Shown here piece after piece: positions 18,244 to 27,510 of a DNA stretch of 64,000 nt. The notes under the pieces are model-generated. The model made no database searches, was not told the origin of the DNA, and saw nothing but the letters and a program-made list of their open reading frames with translations. The DNA is from Candidatus Marinacidobacterium sp. (GTDB lineage Bacteria; Acidobacteriota; Vicinamibacteria; Marinacidobacterales; Marinacidobacteraceae). Both the position numbers and the translations under genes were made by a program. Position 1 is the first letter of the stretch; each line of letters starts with the position of its first letter. The stretch lies in NCBI GenBank assembly GCA_965204755.1, contig OZ242011.1, positions 2,208,001 through 2,272,000 of the forward strand, read 5' to 3'.

Positions 18244-19244
18244 AGCGGGTCGAGTTCCCGGAGGACCGCCAAGTCGCCCAGGATTCCGGAGAAAGTCGCC
18301 ACATCCACCGTCTGCCGGGGATCGGTGTACGCGGTGTCGGGGTGGGTGTGCACTTCGATCAGCAGCCCGGAGGCCCCGGCGCCGGCCGCCGCCCGGGCCA
18401 GCGGGCGCACGCGGTCGCGCTCGGCGACGGCGCGGGAGAGGTTCACGAACACCGGCAGGTGGGACATCCGGCGGACGACCGGCACCACATGCAGGTCGAG
18501 CAGCGTTCGGGCCTGCCCGGCGGTCCGGACACCGCGTTCGCAGAGGACGACATCGCGCTTTTCCCGCGCCAGCAGCGACTCCGCGGCGAGCAGCCACTCC
18601 TCCACGGTGGCCGATGGCCCCCGGTCCACGATCACCGGCTTCGAGAGGCTCGCGGCGACTTCGAGCAGCGGCTCGTTCTCCATGTGCCGGGCGGCGACTT
18701 CGACGGCGTCCACATGGTCGGCGACCCGTTCCGCGGACCGCGGGTCCACGATCTCGGTGACCACCGGCAGGCCGGTCTCCTCCCGGACGCGCTCCAGGGT
18801 GTGGAGTCCCTCGTCCCCGAGGCCGGCGAAGCGGTAGGGCCCGATCTGCTCCGACCACAGCCGCGCCCGGAACAGGTGGGCGCCGGCGTCGCGGACCGCC
18901 CGCGCGATCGCCAGGGTGCGGGCCTCGGTCTCGACGCTCCCCGGCCCGGCGGCGACGACCGGGTGGGGCCCGCCGACGGTCACGCCGCCGATTTCGACCA
19001 CGGTGTCCTCCGGATGCACCTCCCGGCTCACCAACTTGAAGGGCTTGGTCACCGGGATGCAGCGGGCCACCCCGGGCAGCCGCACCAGGTAGGAGTCCTC
19101 CACCGGCCCGCGGTTCCCGGTGACGCAGATCGCCGTGCGGTCGGCGCCGGGCACCCGGAGCGGGGTGTAGCCCATTCCGCGGATCGCCTCTTCCACCCGG
19201 GCGTACTCCGGCTCCCCGGAGTCGGGGCTCATGATGACCAGCAT
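18240..19244 (-). CDS. Type I-beta DAHP synthase homolog with N-terminal regulatory domain, catalytically degenerate
   Basis: KPFKLVSRE, GLPVVTE, EEWLLAAE, LCERGVRT and IEVH are retained; GPCS, KPRT, LKRG and DPSH motifs are altered. Confidence 0.85.
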   Translation of the reverse strand: MLVIMSPDSGEPEYARVEEAIRGMGYTPLRVPGADRTAICVTGNRGPVEDSYLVRLPGVARCIPVTKPFKLVSREVHPEDTVVEIGGVTVGGPHPVVAAGPGSVETEARTLAIARAVRDAGAHLFRARLWSEQIGPYRFAGLGDEGLHTLERVREETGLPVVTEIVDPRSAERVADHVDAVEVAARHMENEPLLEVAASLSKPVIVDRGPSATVEEWLLAAESLLAREKRDVVLCERGVRTAGQARTLLDLHVVPVVRRMSHLPVFVNLSRAVAERDRVRPLARAAAGAGASGLLIEVHTHPDTAYTDPRQTVDVATFSGILGDLAVLRELDPL

Positions 19245-19268
19245 GGCTTCGGCGCTCGGGGCCGCCGA

Positions 19269-20066
19269 TTATCCGGCCTCGGTGAGTTCGCGCACGGCCT
19301 TCGAGTACTCGGCCAGGAGATCGCCCTCCCCGGCGGGAGACCCGAAGAGCCGCTCCACGAGCCGCGCCAGGTGGCTCCCGACCACCGCCACGCGGGCGCC
19401 CGCGGAGAACGCGGCCGCCACCTGGCTGCCGGTGGAGATGCCGAAGCCGAGGCAGAGCGGGCGGTCCACCGAGCCCGCCACCCCGCGAAGGCGTTCGAGG
19501 ACTCGGTCGAAACCGCCCTCGCGGACCCCGGTGACTCCCTGGAACCCGGCGAGATAGACCAGGTCCGAGGCCCGCGAGAGGCGGCGGAGGCGGTCCCCCG
19601 GCGTGATCGGCCCGGCGAGCGCCACGCGGGCGAGGCCCGCTCGGCGGCAGGCGCTCCGGATCGGCCCGGCCTCGTCCACCGGAATGTCGGGGACCAGCAG
19701 CGAGGAGCCGCCGCAGGCCGCGGCCTCCGCGCAGAACCGCTCGTAGCCGAGGCGGTGGACCAGGTTCCCGTAAACCATGAGGTTCAGCGGGGTGTCCGGG
19801 CAGGCCTCGGCGATCCGGTCGAGCAGGGGGAACGCGGACCTGGTGGACACGCCGGCGGCGAGCGCCCGGCGGGCGGCCTGCTGGATCGCCGGGCCGTCGG
19901 CCACCGGATCGCTGTACGGGAACCCGATCTCCAGCATTCCGGCGCCGGCGGCGACGGCCGCGCGCGCGAGTTCCACGGAAATCTCCGGGGTGGGATGGCC
20001 GAGGACTACGAAGGGCGAAACGGAGGGCCCCCGCCGCAGCGCGGCCCGGAGGCGGGCGCGGCTCAC
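19269..20066 (-). CDS. trpA: Tryptophan synthase alpha chain
   Basis: LEIGFPYSDPVADGPAIQQA, GVTG, LGFGIS, VVGS. Confidence 0.95.
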   Translation of the reverse strand: MSRARLRAALRRGPSVSPFVVLGHPTPEISVELARAAVAAGAGMLEIGFPYSDPVADGPAIQQAARRALAAGVSTRSAFPLLDRIAEACPDTPLNLMVYGNLVHRLGYERFCAEAAACGGSSLLVPDIPVDEAGPIRSACRRAGLARVALAGPITPGDRLRRLSRASDLVYLAGFQGVTGVREGGFDRVLERLRGVAGSVDRPLCLGFGISTGSQVAAAFSAGARVAVVGSHLARLVERLFGSPAGEGDLLAEYSKAVRELTEAG

Positions 20067-21289
20067 CGGGCCGGCGCCCCGGACTTCCGGCGCGGCCGCC
20101 GCCGCCCGAGAGTGAAATAGGTCTCGAGGTCCTTGTCTCCCCGGCCGGACAGGTTGAGGAGCACCCGGGAACCGGCCGCGAGTTCCCCCCGGCGCACCGC
20201 CCGGAGCGCGAACGCGAGCGCGTGGGCCGGCTCGAACGCCGGAACGATGCCCTCCGTCTCGCAGAGGACCTCGAACGCCTCGAGCGCCTCTTCGTCGGTG
20301 GCGGCCACATACCGGGCCCGCCCGGTCGCCTGGAGATGGGCGTGCTCCGGGCCGACGCCCGGGTAGTCGAGCCCGGCGGAGATGCCGTGCGGCTCCAGGA
20401 TCTGCCCGTCCTCGTCCTGGAGGACCATCGTCCGGGCGCCGTGGAGCAGTCCGGGAGTCCCCCGCGCGAGCGTGGCCCCGTGCCGCCCGCTGTCGAGGCC
20501 GGCGCCTCCCGGCTCCACGCCGACGAGGGCCACCGACGGTTCCGGGACGAAGGCGTGGAAGATGCCGATGGCGTTGCTCCCGCCGCCCACGCAGGCCGCG
20601 ACCGCGTCGGGCAGCCCCCCGAATTCCCGGCGCCACTGCCGTTTCGCTTCGCGGCCGATCACCGCCTGGAAACCGCGCACCAGGAGCGGGAAGGGATGCG
20701 GCCCGGCCGCGGTCCCCAGCAGGTAGTGGGTGGTCTCGAGGCTCGCCGTCCAGTCCCGGAGCGCCTCGTTGATCGCGTCCTTGAGCGTCGCCGCGCCGGT
20801 CCCGACCGGCGTCACCCGGGCGCCGCAGAGTTCCATCCGCCGCACATTGGGCGCTTGGCGTTCCATGTCCTTCTCGCCCATGTAGATGACCGCTTCCATC
20901 CCGAAGCGGGCGGCGATCATGGCCGTCGCCGTCCCGTGCTGGCCGGCGCCGGTCTCCGCGATGAGCCGGGTCTTGCCCATCCGCCGGGCGAGGAGCGCCT
21001 GTCCGAGGACATTGTTCGCCTTGTGGGCGCCGCCGTGGAGCAGGTCCTCGCGCTTGAAGACGAGGTCGAGGCCGGCCCGGCGGGAGAAGGCCGGCGCGCG
21101 GGTCAGCGGCGTCGGCCGGCCGACCCACTCGGCGGCCTCCCGCTCCAGTTCGCGGCGGAACTCCGGCGAGCGGACGATCTCCCGCCGGGCGGCGTCGAGT
21201 TCCTCGAGCGCCGGGATCAGGAGTTCCGGCGCGAACCGGCCTCCGAAGCCGCCGAAGGCCCCGATCCGCGGCCGGCCGCCGCCGGTCAC
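20063..21289 (-). CDS. trpB: Tryptophan synthase beta chain
   Basis: KREDLLHGGAHK, AETGAGQHG, CVGGGSN, ISAGLDYPGVGP, NLSGRGDKD. Confidence 0.97.
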   Translation of the reverse strand: MTGGGRPRIGAFGGFGGRFAPELLIPALEELDAARREIVRSPEFRRELEREAAEWVGRPTPLTRAPAFSRRAGLDLVFKREDLLHGGAHKANNVLGQALLARRMGKTRLIAETGAGQHGTATAMIAARFGMEAVIYMGEKDMERQAPNVRRMELCGARVTPVGTGAATLKDAINEALRDWTASLETTHYLLGTAAGPHPFPLLVRGFQAVIGREAKRQWRREFGGLPDAVAACVGGGSNAIGIFHAFVPEPSVALVGVEPGGAGLDSGRHGATLARGTPGLLHGARTMVLQDEDGQILEPHGISAGLDYPGVGPEHAHLQATGRARYVAATDEEALEAFEVLCETEGIVPAFEPAHALAFALRAVRRGELAAGSRVLLNLSGRGDKDLETYFTLGRRRPRRKSGAPAR

Positions 21290-21930
21290 GCGGCGCCCCG
21301 GAGTTCGTCGAAGAAGCGGCGCATCCGGTCGCCGCTCTTGACCCCGGGGGCGGATTCGATCCCGCTGGACACATCCACCCCCCAGGGACGGAACGGCAGC
21401 AGCGCCCCCACATTCTCCGGGCGCAGCCCGCCGGCGATGAAGGCGCGGGGCGGTGACTGCTCCCCCAGGATCCGCCAGTCGAAGGAGCGGCCGCTGCCGC
21501 CGCCGCCCACATCGAAGACCAGGGGCCCGCGCGGCTCGTTCGAGACCGCGAAGTCGGGCAGCCGGTCGGCGCTCTCCGGGACGGTGACCACGCGATGGAC
21601 GATGAGCCCGGCGGCCTCGAGGGCGCGCACCCCGGCGTCCGAGAGGCCGTGCGGCTGCACCCGCCGGACGCCGAGGGCGGCGGCGTCCGCGGCGACTTCC
21701 GCCCGGGTCCGCCGCCCGGTGGCGAGCACCGGCTGGACCTCGTCGTCCTCTTCGAGGGCCGCGGCGATGACCCGCCGGGCCTCGTCGAGGCTCGCCGAGC
21801 GGGGCGAATCGGGCGCCCGGACGATCCCGATCCAGCGCGCCCCCAACCGGACTGCCAGCCGGCCGTCTTCCGGGCGGCGGAGCCCGCAGATCTTGACCTC
21901 CGGAATCCCGGCGCCGGACGCGATGCCCAT
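21286..21930 (-). CDS. trpF: Phosphoribosylanthranilate isomerase
   Basis: VKICGL, SPR, GGSGRSFDW, AGGLRPENV, GVDVSSGIE. Confidence 0.95.
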   Translation of the reverse strand: MGIASGAGIPEVKICGLRRPEDGRLAVRLGARWIGIVRAPDSPRSASLDEARRVIAAALEEDDEVQPVLATGRRTRAEVAADAAALGVRRVQPHGLSDAGVRALEAAGLIVHRVVTVPESADRLPDFAVSNEPRGPLVFDVGGGGSGRSFDWRILGEQSPPRAFIAGGLRPENVGALLPFRPWGVDVSSGIESAPGVKSGDRMRRFFDELRGAA

Positions 21931-21932
21931 CT

Positions 21933-22721
21933 TCAGACCGCCTCGGCGGGGGCCGGGGCGGGCCGCGAGAGCGGACGGAAGAAGTCCGCGGGGTTCGCTG
22001 CGCGCATCAGCGCGGCGCCGATCAGGACGGCGTCCGCGGCGCCGCGCAACTCGGTCAGGTGCTCCGGTTCGAGGTACCCGCTCTCGGCCACGGCGATCCG
22101 GTCGGCGGGGACTCGGGGCAGGAGGGACGCCGCCCGTCGGCGGTCCACCGCGAGCGTGTCCAGGTCCCGGTTGTTGATGCCGATGAGCGCGTTCGGGAGG
22201 GCGAGCGCCCGGTCGAGTTCGGCGGCGTCGTGGACTTCCACCAGCGCCTCGAGGCCGTCGTCCACCGCTTCTTCGTAGAGGGCGCGCAGTTGCCCGTCGT
22301 CCAGGCAGCGGACGATCAGGAGCACCGCGGACGCGCCGGCGTCCCGGCCGGCGCGGACCTGGGCCGGAGCCACCACGAAGTCCTTCATGAGCGCCGGGAG
22401 CCCCGAAGCGCGGGCCGCCGCGCTGAGGTCTCCGAGCGAGCCGCCGAAGCGGGTCGGTTCGGTGAGGACGGAGAGCGCCGCGGCGCCGGCGTCCCGGTAG
22501 CGGACCGCGCGTTCCGCCGGCTCCTCGTCTTCCCGGATCGCGCCGGCGCTGGGGCTGCGGCGCTTGAACTCGGCGATCACGGACACCGTCCGCCGTCCGG
22601 CGACCGCGGCGGCGAGGGACGGAGGCCGCGCCGGCGGGGGTCCCGGGGCGGAGGCCGGCAGCAGGGACGCCCGCTCCCGGGCGGCGGCGGTCAGGGCGTC
22701 GAGCAGGGATCCGCTCGTCAT
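21933..22721 (-). CDS. trpC: Indole-3-glycerol phosphate synthase
   Basis: IAEFKRRSPSAG, SVLTE, KDF, LVEVH, GINNRDL, AESG. Confidence 0.95.
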   Translation of the reverse strand: MTSGSLLDALTAAARERASLLPASAPGPPPARPPSLAAAVAGRRTVSVIAEFKRRSPSAGAIREDEEPAERAVRYRDAGAAALSVLTEPTRFGGSLGDLSAAARASGLPALMKDFVVAPAQVRAGRDAGASAVLLIVRCLDDGQLRALYEEAVDDGLEALVEVHDAAELDRALALPNALIGINNRDLDTLAVDRRRAASLLPRVPADRIAVAESGYLEPEHLTELRGAADAVLIGAALMRAANPADFFRPLSRPAPAPAEAV

Positions 22722-23749
22722 GCGCTCGCGCGGGCGGTCACGCGGGCGCTGGTCTCCACATAGCGCTCGAGGGTCCGCAGCGCCTGCCCGGAGGACAGTG
22801 TTTCGCGCGCCGCTCCGACGCCGGCGGCGAGGTCCGGCGCCAGGCCGGCGACGGTCAACGCCGCTCCCGCGTTCAAGGCGACCACTTCCCGCTTGGGGCC
22901 CTGCTCCTCGCCGCCCAGCACCGCCCGCAGGATGTCGGCGTTTTCGTCCGTCGCGCCGCCGGCGAGCGCCGACACCGGCGCCGGCTCCACCCCGTAGTCC
23001 TCCGGCCGGATCTCGAGCGGCGCCACTTCGCCCCGGTCGAGCCGGTGGCCCCGGGTCGGCGCGTGCAGGCCGATCTCGTCGAGCCCCTCGCAGTGGACGA
23101 CCAGGGCCGCTTCGCAGCCGAGGTCCGCGAGGGCGAGCGCCACCGTCTCGGTGAGCGCCGGGTCATAGACCCCGATCAACTGGCGGTCGGCGAGGGCCGG
23201 GTTGGCGAGCGGGCCGAGCACATTGAACAGCGTCCGGATCCCCAGGGCGCGCCGGGCCGGGCCGACATGGGCCATCGCCGGGTGGAACGCCGGCGCGAAG
23301 AGGAACACGAACCCGGTCGCGTCCAGGATCCGCGCCGCCGCCTCGGGTTCGAGGTGCAGTTGCGCCCCGAAGGCCTCGAGGACATCGGCGCTGCCGGTGA
23401 TGGAAGAGACGCTGCGGTTCCCGTGCTTCGCCACCGCGCCTCCCGCCGCCGCCACGACCAGGGCGCTGGCGGTGGAGATGTTGAAGGTGCCGCTCCGGTC
23501 GCCGCCGGTTCCGCAGGTGTCCACCAGCGGGCGGATCTGCGAGGTGACCGCCTTCCGGTGGCTGCGCATCGCCCGGGCGCAGGCGGCGAGCGTCGAGGCG
23601 TCCGGGGCGCGGACGCGGAGCGCGACCAGCAGGCCGGCGGTCTGGGCCACATCGGCTTCCCCGGAGAGGATGCGGTGCAGGGCGGCCTCGAGGGCGCCCG
23701 AATCGGCGGTTTCGCCGGACAGCAGGGTCTCGAGCAGGGGGGCGATCAT
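22718..23749 (-). CDS. trpD: Anthranilate phosphoribosyltransferase
   Basis: DTCGTGGD, FNIST, AKHGNRS, GSADVLE, FHPAM, GPLANP; AAGGAG RBS. Confidence 0.97.
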   Translation of the reverse strand: MIAPLLETLLSGETADSGALEAALHRILSGEADVAQTAGLLVALRVRAPDASTLAACARAMRSHRKAVTSQIRPLVDTCGTGGDRSGTFNISTASALVVAAAGGAVAKHGNRSVSSITGSADVLEAFGAQLHLEPEAAARILDATGFVFLFAPAFHPAMAHVGPARRALGIRTLFNVLGPLANPALADRQLIGVYDPALTETVALALADLGCEAALVVHCEGLDEIGLHAPTRGHRLDRGEVAPLEIRPEDYGVEPAPVSALAGGATDENADILRAVLGGEEQGPKREVVALNAGAALTVAGLAPDLAAGVGAARETLSSGQALRTLERYVETSARVTARASA

Positions 23750-24154
23750 GGAACGGGGCTCCTTGTCGGGTCGGTGTCGAGTCGGGGGACGATTCGGCAG
23801 GCTCGAACCGGTGGGAGGTCAGGAGCCGGAGCGGGCGCCGCAAACGCGCCTTGCCTCGGTTCCGGGAAGCGTCCCGCCGCTCGGGCCGCCTCCCGTCCCG
23901 GGTCAGGAAATCAGCGGGTCGCGAGGCGGACTCGGCCGAAACCGCGAACGCCATCGCCGGAGGCAGCCCGACGGCGCCGCGCTTCGGAGGCTCGGCCGGG
24001 TGCTCGTCATGGGGCGCGGATTCTATCGGCCCGCGGGAAATGCGCCCCGCCGTCTTTTCCTCGACCGGAGGGCATGAAGTCCCCGTCCGTTCCACGCCCG
24101 CCGGGGCTCTTTCCCCGCGGGCGGTCGGCCTCGGCCGGCTCCTACAATAGTTTC

Positions 24155-25777
24155 GTGGCGCGAGAGTCTCCCGGCCGGGGAAACCGGTGTGTTTCGCGGG
24201 CCGGGCGGGTCGCGGCGGACCGGTTCGGCCGGAACGCCGGGTTCGCCGCGCTCGCCGCCCTGGCCTTCGCCGGGTGTTCCGGCGGGGCCGACCGGGAGGC
24301 CGCGAGCCCGGACGCGGTCGAGGTGGTGGAACTCGACATCGCCGGCATCCACGACGGATTGCGAACCGGGCGGTTCACCTGCGAAGCGCTGGTGGAGGCC
24401 TACCTGGCGCGCATCGAGGCGTACGACCGCCGGGGGCCGGCGCTCCACGCGATCGTCACCGTGAATCCGGAGGCCGTCACGGAGGCCCGGGCGCTCGACC
24501 GCCGGATCGCCGAATCGGGCGGCGCCCTCCGGCCGCTGGAATGCGTCCCGATGATCGTGAAGGACAACTACGACGCCGCGGACCTCCCCACGACCGCGGG
24601 GTCCGCCTCGCTCCGGGAGTCCCGGCCGCCGGACGACGCCTTCCAGGTGGGACGCGTACGCGAAGCGGGGGCGGTCGTCCTCGCCAAGTCCAACATGGCG
24701 GAGTTCGCGTTCAGCCCCTTCGAGAGCCTCGGGTCGGTGGTTCCCGGCCACACCCGGAACCCCTACGACCCCTACCGGGTCCCCGCGGGTTCCTCCGGCG
24801 GGACGGCGGCGGCCGTGGCCGCGAGTTTCGGCGCCGTCGGCCTGGGCACCGACACCGGCAACTCCATCCGCGGCCCTTCCTCCCACACCGCCCTCGTGGG
24901 CATCCGCTCCACGATGGGCCTCACCAGCCGCGACGGGATCGTCCCCCTGAACCTCTACCGGGACATCGGCGGCCCGATGGCCCGGACCGTCGAGGACGCC
25001 GTTCGCGTGTTCGATGTGCTCGCCGGGCCGGACCCGGCGGACCCGGCGACCGCCGGCGCGGCCCGGGAAGCGGACTACCGGGCGGCGCTCGACGCCTCCC
25101 CGTTGACCGGGTTCCGGATCGGCGTGGTTCGCCAACTCTCCGACACGGAGACGGCGGACCCCGAAATCGGCGCCCTCTTCGCGCAGGCCCTGGCGGACCT
25201 CGAGCGGTTGGGAGCGGAGATCGTGGACCCGGCGGAGATCCCCGGCCTGGACGAAGACCGGACGCTCTGGTGCAACCCGTTCCGCGCGCATCTCGAGGCG
25301 TACCTGGAGAGTCTGGGTTCGGGCGCGCCGGTTCACGCGCTCGCCGAAATCCTGGACGGGGGCGACTTCCACCCCTCGATCGAGTCGCGGCTGGAGCGGG
25401 CGCAGGCGGTGGAGGAGCCCCCCGAAGCCGAGTGCGCGGAAGCCCTCGAGGGCGCCGCGGAGTTGCGAGCCGAAGTGGAGGCGCTCCTGCGGGCGGAGTC
25501 GCTCGATGCGTTGGCCTATCCGAGTTGGAGCAACCCCCCGCGGCTCCTCGGCGACCTCACCACGCCGGACGGGAACAACTCCTACCAACTCTCGCCGCCC
25601 ACCGGATTCCCGGCGGTCACCGCGCCCATGGGCTTCACGCCGGCGGGCCTGCCCGCCGGGCTCCAGTTGCTCGGCGGGGCGTTCGGCGAGTCCACCCTGT
25701 TCCGGATCGCCTACGCCTACGAGCAGGCTACGGAGCACCGGCGACCGCCGGAAGCGACGCCGCCCCTGCGCGACTGA
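24155..25777 (+). CDS. Amidase signature family lipoprotein
   Basis: LAFAGC lipobox; VKDN, GSSGG, GTDTGNSIRGPS; start uncertain. Confidence 0.9.
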   Translation: MARESPGRGNRCVSRAGRVAADRFGRNAGFAALAALAFAGCSGGADREAASPDAVEVVELDIAGIHDGLRTGRFTCEALVEAYLARIEAYDRRGPALHAIVTVNPEAVTEARALDRRIAESGGALRPLECVPMIVKDNYDAADLPTTAGSASLRESRPPDDAFQVGRVREAGAVVLAKSNMAEFAFSPFESLGSVVPGHTRNPYDPYRVPAGSSGGTAAAVAASFGAVGLGTDTGNSIRGPSSHTALVGIRSTMGLTSRDGIVPLNLYRDIGGPMARTVEDAVRVFDVLAGPDPADPATAGAAREADYRAALDASPLTGFRIGVVRQLSDTETADPEIGALFAQALADLERLGAEIVDPAEIPGLDEDRTLWCNPFRAHLEAYLESLGSGAPVHALAEILDGGDFHPSIESRLERAQAVEEPPEAECAEALEGAAELRAEVEALLRAESLDALAYPSWSNPPRLLGDLTTPDGNNSYQLSPPTGFPAVTAPMGFTPAGLPAGLQLLGGAFGESTLFRIAYAYEQATEHRRPPEATPPLRD

Positions 25778-25893
25778 GGCGCGGCTTCTTCGCGGCGTCT
25801 CGACCGGACGCCGGCGCCGGAATTCGCCGGCTGCCCCCCGGCGTCGGGTGCGGCCCCCGGTGGCTACACTCTCCCGCCGCCGAGCCCCTTCCC

Positions 25894-26313
25894 TTGCCGA
25901 TCTACGAGTACCGCTGCGACGAGTGTTCCGAGGTCTTCGAGGCCCTCCAGCGAGTCGCGGACGAGCCGCTCGACTCGTGTCGGCGCTGCGGCGGGCCGGC
26001 GAAGCGGATCGTCTCCTCTCCGGCGATCCACTTCGTCGGAACCGGTTGGTATGTGACCGACTACGCGCGGAAGAACCAGAACGGGAAAGGCGACGGGGAC
26101 GGCGGGGAGGGGAAGAAGGCGGAGAGCGGCGCCGCCGGCTCTTCCGGGAAAGAAGGCGCGACGGACTCGTCGAGCCCGGCAGCCGGAGGTAAGGGCGCGG
26201 ACCGGGGCAAGGATCGAGGCTCGGCGCGCCCCGCCGGCGCGAGCGGCGGAGCGCGCGCCGACTCGTCCGGCGGCTCTTCCCGCACCGAGAGCCGGGCCGG
26301 CGCCGCTTCCTGA
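25894..26313 (+). CDS. FmdB-family zinc ribbon protein
   Basis: PIYEYRCDEC...CRRCGG...GTGWYVTDY followed by a low-complexity tail; TTG start. Confidence 0.9.
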   Translation: MPIYEYRCDECSEVFEALQRVADEPLDSCRRCGGPAKRIVSSPAIHFVGTGWYVTDYARKNQNGKGDGDGGEGKKAESGAAGSSGKEGATDSSSPAAGGKGADRGKDRGSARPAGASGGARADSSGGSSRTESRAGAAS

Positions 26314-26467
26314 GTCCTGCCGCCGCGATCCCGGCCGCGCAGCCGGGATCGCGAGTCCCGGTCGCTGCGGGCTCCGGCGGCCGCCGCTCGGCGAAACCGG
26401 GTCAGCACGGCTCGGCGGGAATCGCTGCCGCCGCGTCCGTGGTTCGACGAACCGCGCGGCCCGCTCG

Positions 26468-27418
26468 GTGACCGGCGCCGCACTCGCCGCGGGGCTCCTC
26501 GCCGCGTCCCTCGCGTCCGCCGGCCAACCGGAGAACTCCGCCGCGCGGTGCGAGCGCGCGGCGCAGGCGTCCGAGTGGGATTCCGCGGCCCGGGAGTGCG
26601 AGACGGCGCTCGGGGAGTTCCCCGAATCCTTCGGCATCCACTATTTCCTGGGATTCGCCTACCGGGCGCTCGAGTCCTGGCCGCAGGCGGCGGAGGCGTT
26701 CGAGGCGTTCCTGCGGGAGGCGGAGTCGGCGGAGGACGCGGACTCCCGGTTCGGGGAGCAGATCGCCGTCGCCGTACGCGCCGCCGCGCTCGCGCGGTCC
26801 CGCGCCGGGGCGCCGGAGTCGGCCCTGCCCCTGCTGCGGCGGGCGTCCGCCTCCGACCCGGCGGACACCGAAGTCCGCTTCCACCTGGGGCTGTCCCTGC
26901 TCTCCGCCGGGGATCCGGAGGGCGCCGAGGAGGCGTTCTCGTCCGTAGTCCGCGACGCCCCGGAGTTCCCCGAGGCGCTCTTCTTCGTGGGGCAGGTCCG
27001 GTACGACGCGGAGGACTACGCCGCCGCGGAGGATCACCTGCTCCGCTTTCTGGAGGCCGCCCCGGAGAGCCGGCTGGCCGCGGACGCGCTCTGGATGGCG
27101 GGTTCCATCGCCCTGCGGGCTTCGGCCGCCGCCGAGCCCGAAGCGGCGGAATCCGCGGGGCAGCGAGCGGTGGCCCGCTTCGGCGAATTCCTCGAGCGGG
27201 AGGCGGAGAGCGAGCGTTCCGCGCTCGCCCACTACTTCCTCGGCGCCTTCGCCGCCGACAGCGAAGACTGCGCCGGGGCGGCCCGCCACTACGGGCGTTT
27301 CCTGGAACTCGCGCCGGGGCACGAACGGGCGGGCGAAGTCGAGGATTATCTTCGGGAGGCCGGTCCGGCCTGCGCGCCCCGCGCCGGAATCCCGACGAAC
27401 GGCCGGTCGGGATGGTAG
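26468..27418 (+). CDS. Exported TPR protein (paralog 1)
   Basis: Signal peptide, TPR repeats, one C-x15-C motif and a C-terminal Cys pair. Confidence 0.85.
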   Translation: MTGAALAAGLLAASLASAGQPENSAARCERAAQASEWDSAARECETALGEFPESFGIHYFLGFAYRALESWPQAAEAFEAFLREAESAEDADSRFGEQIAVAVRAAALARSRAGAPESALPLLRRASASDPADTEVRFHLGLSLLSAGDPEGAEEAFSSVVRDAPEFPEALFFVGQVRYDAEDYAAAEDHLLRFLEAAPESRLAADALWMAGSIALRASAAAEPEAAESAGQRAVARFGEFLEREAESERSALAHYFLGAFAADSEDCAGAARHYGRFLELAPGHERAGEVEDYLREAGPACAPRAGIPTNGRSGW

Positions 27419-27510
27419 TTTTCCCCGCCGGTCGGGCGCCGCGGGCTCTCCGCCGTCCTCGATGGCGCGCCGGGCGCGCCGGCCCAACATCTTCACGGGG
27501 AGATCCACCC

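Noticed and set aside
18840-18880. Compensating frameshifts explaining the altered KPRT loop
   Set aside because: The segment has the consensus length, and the alternative frames do not restore KPRT.
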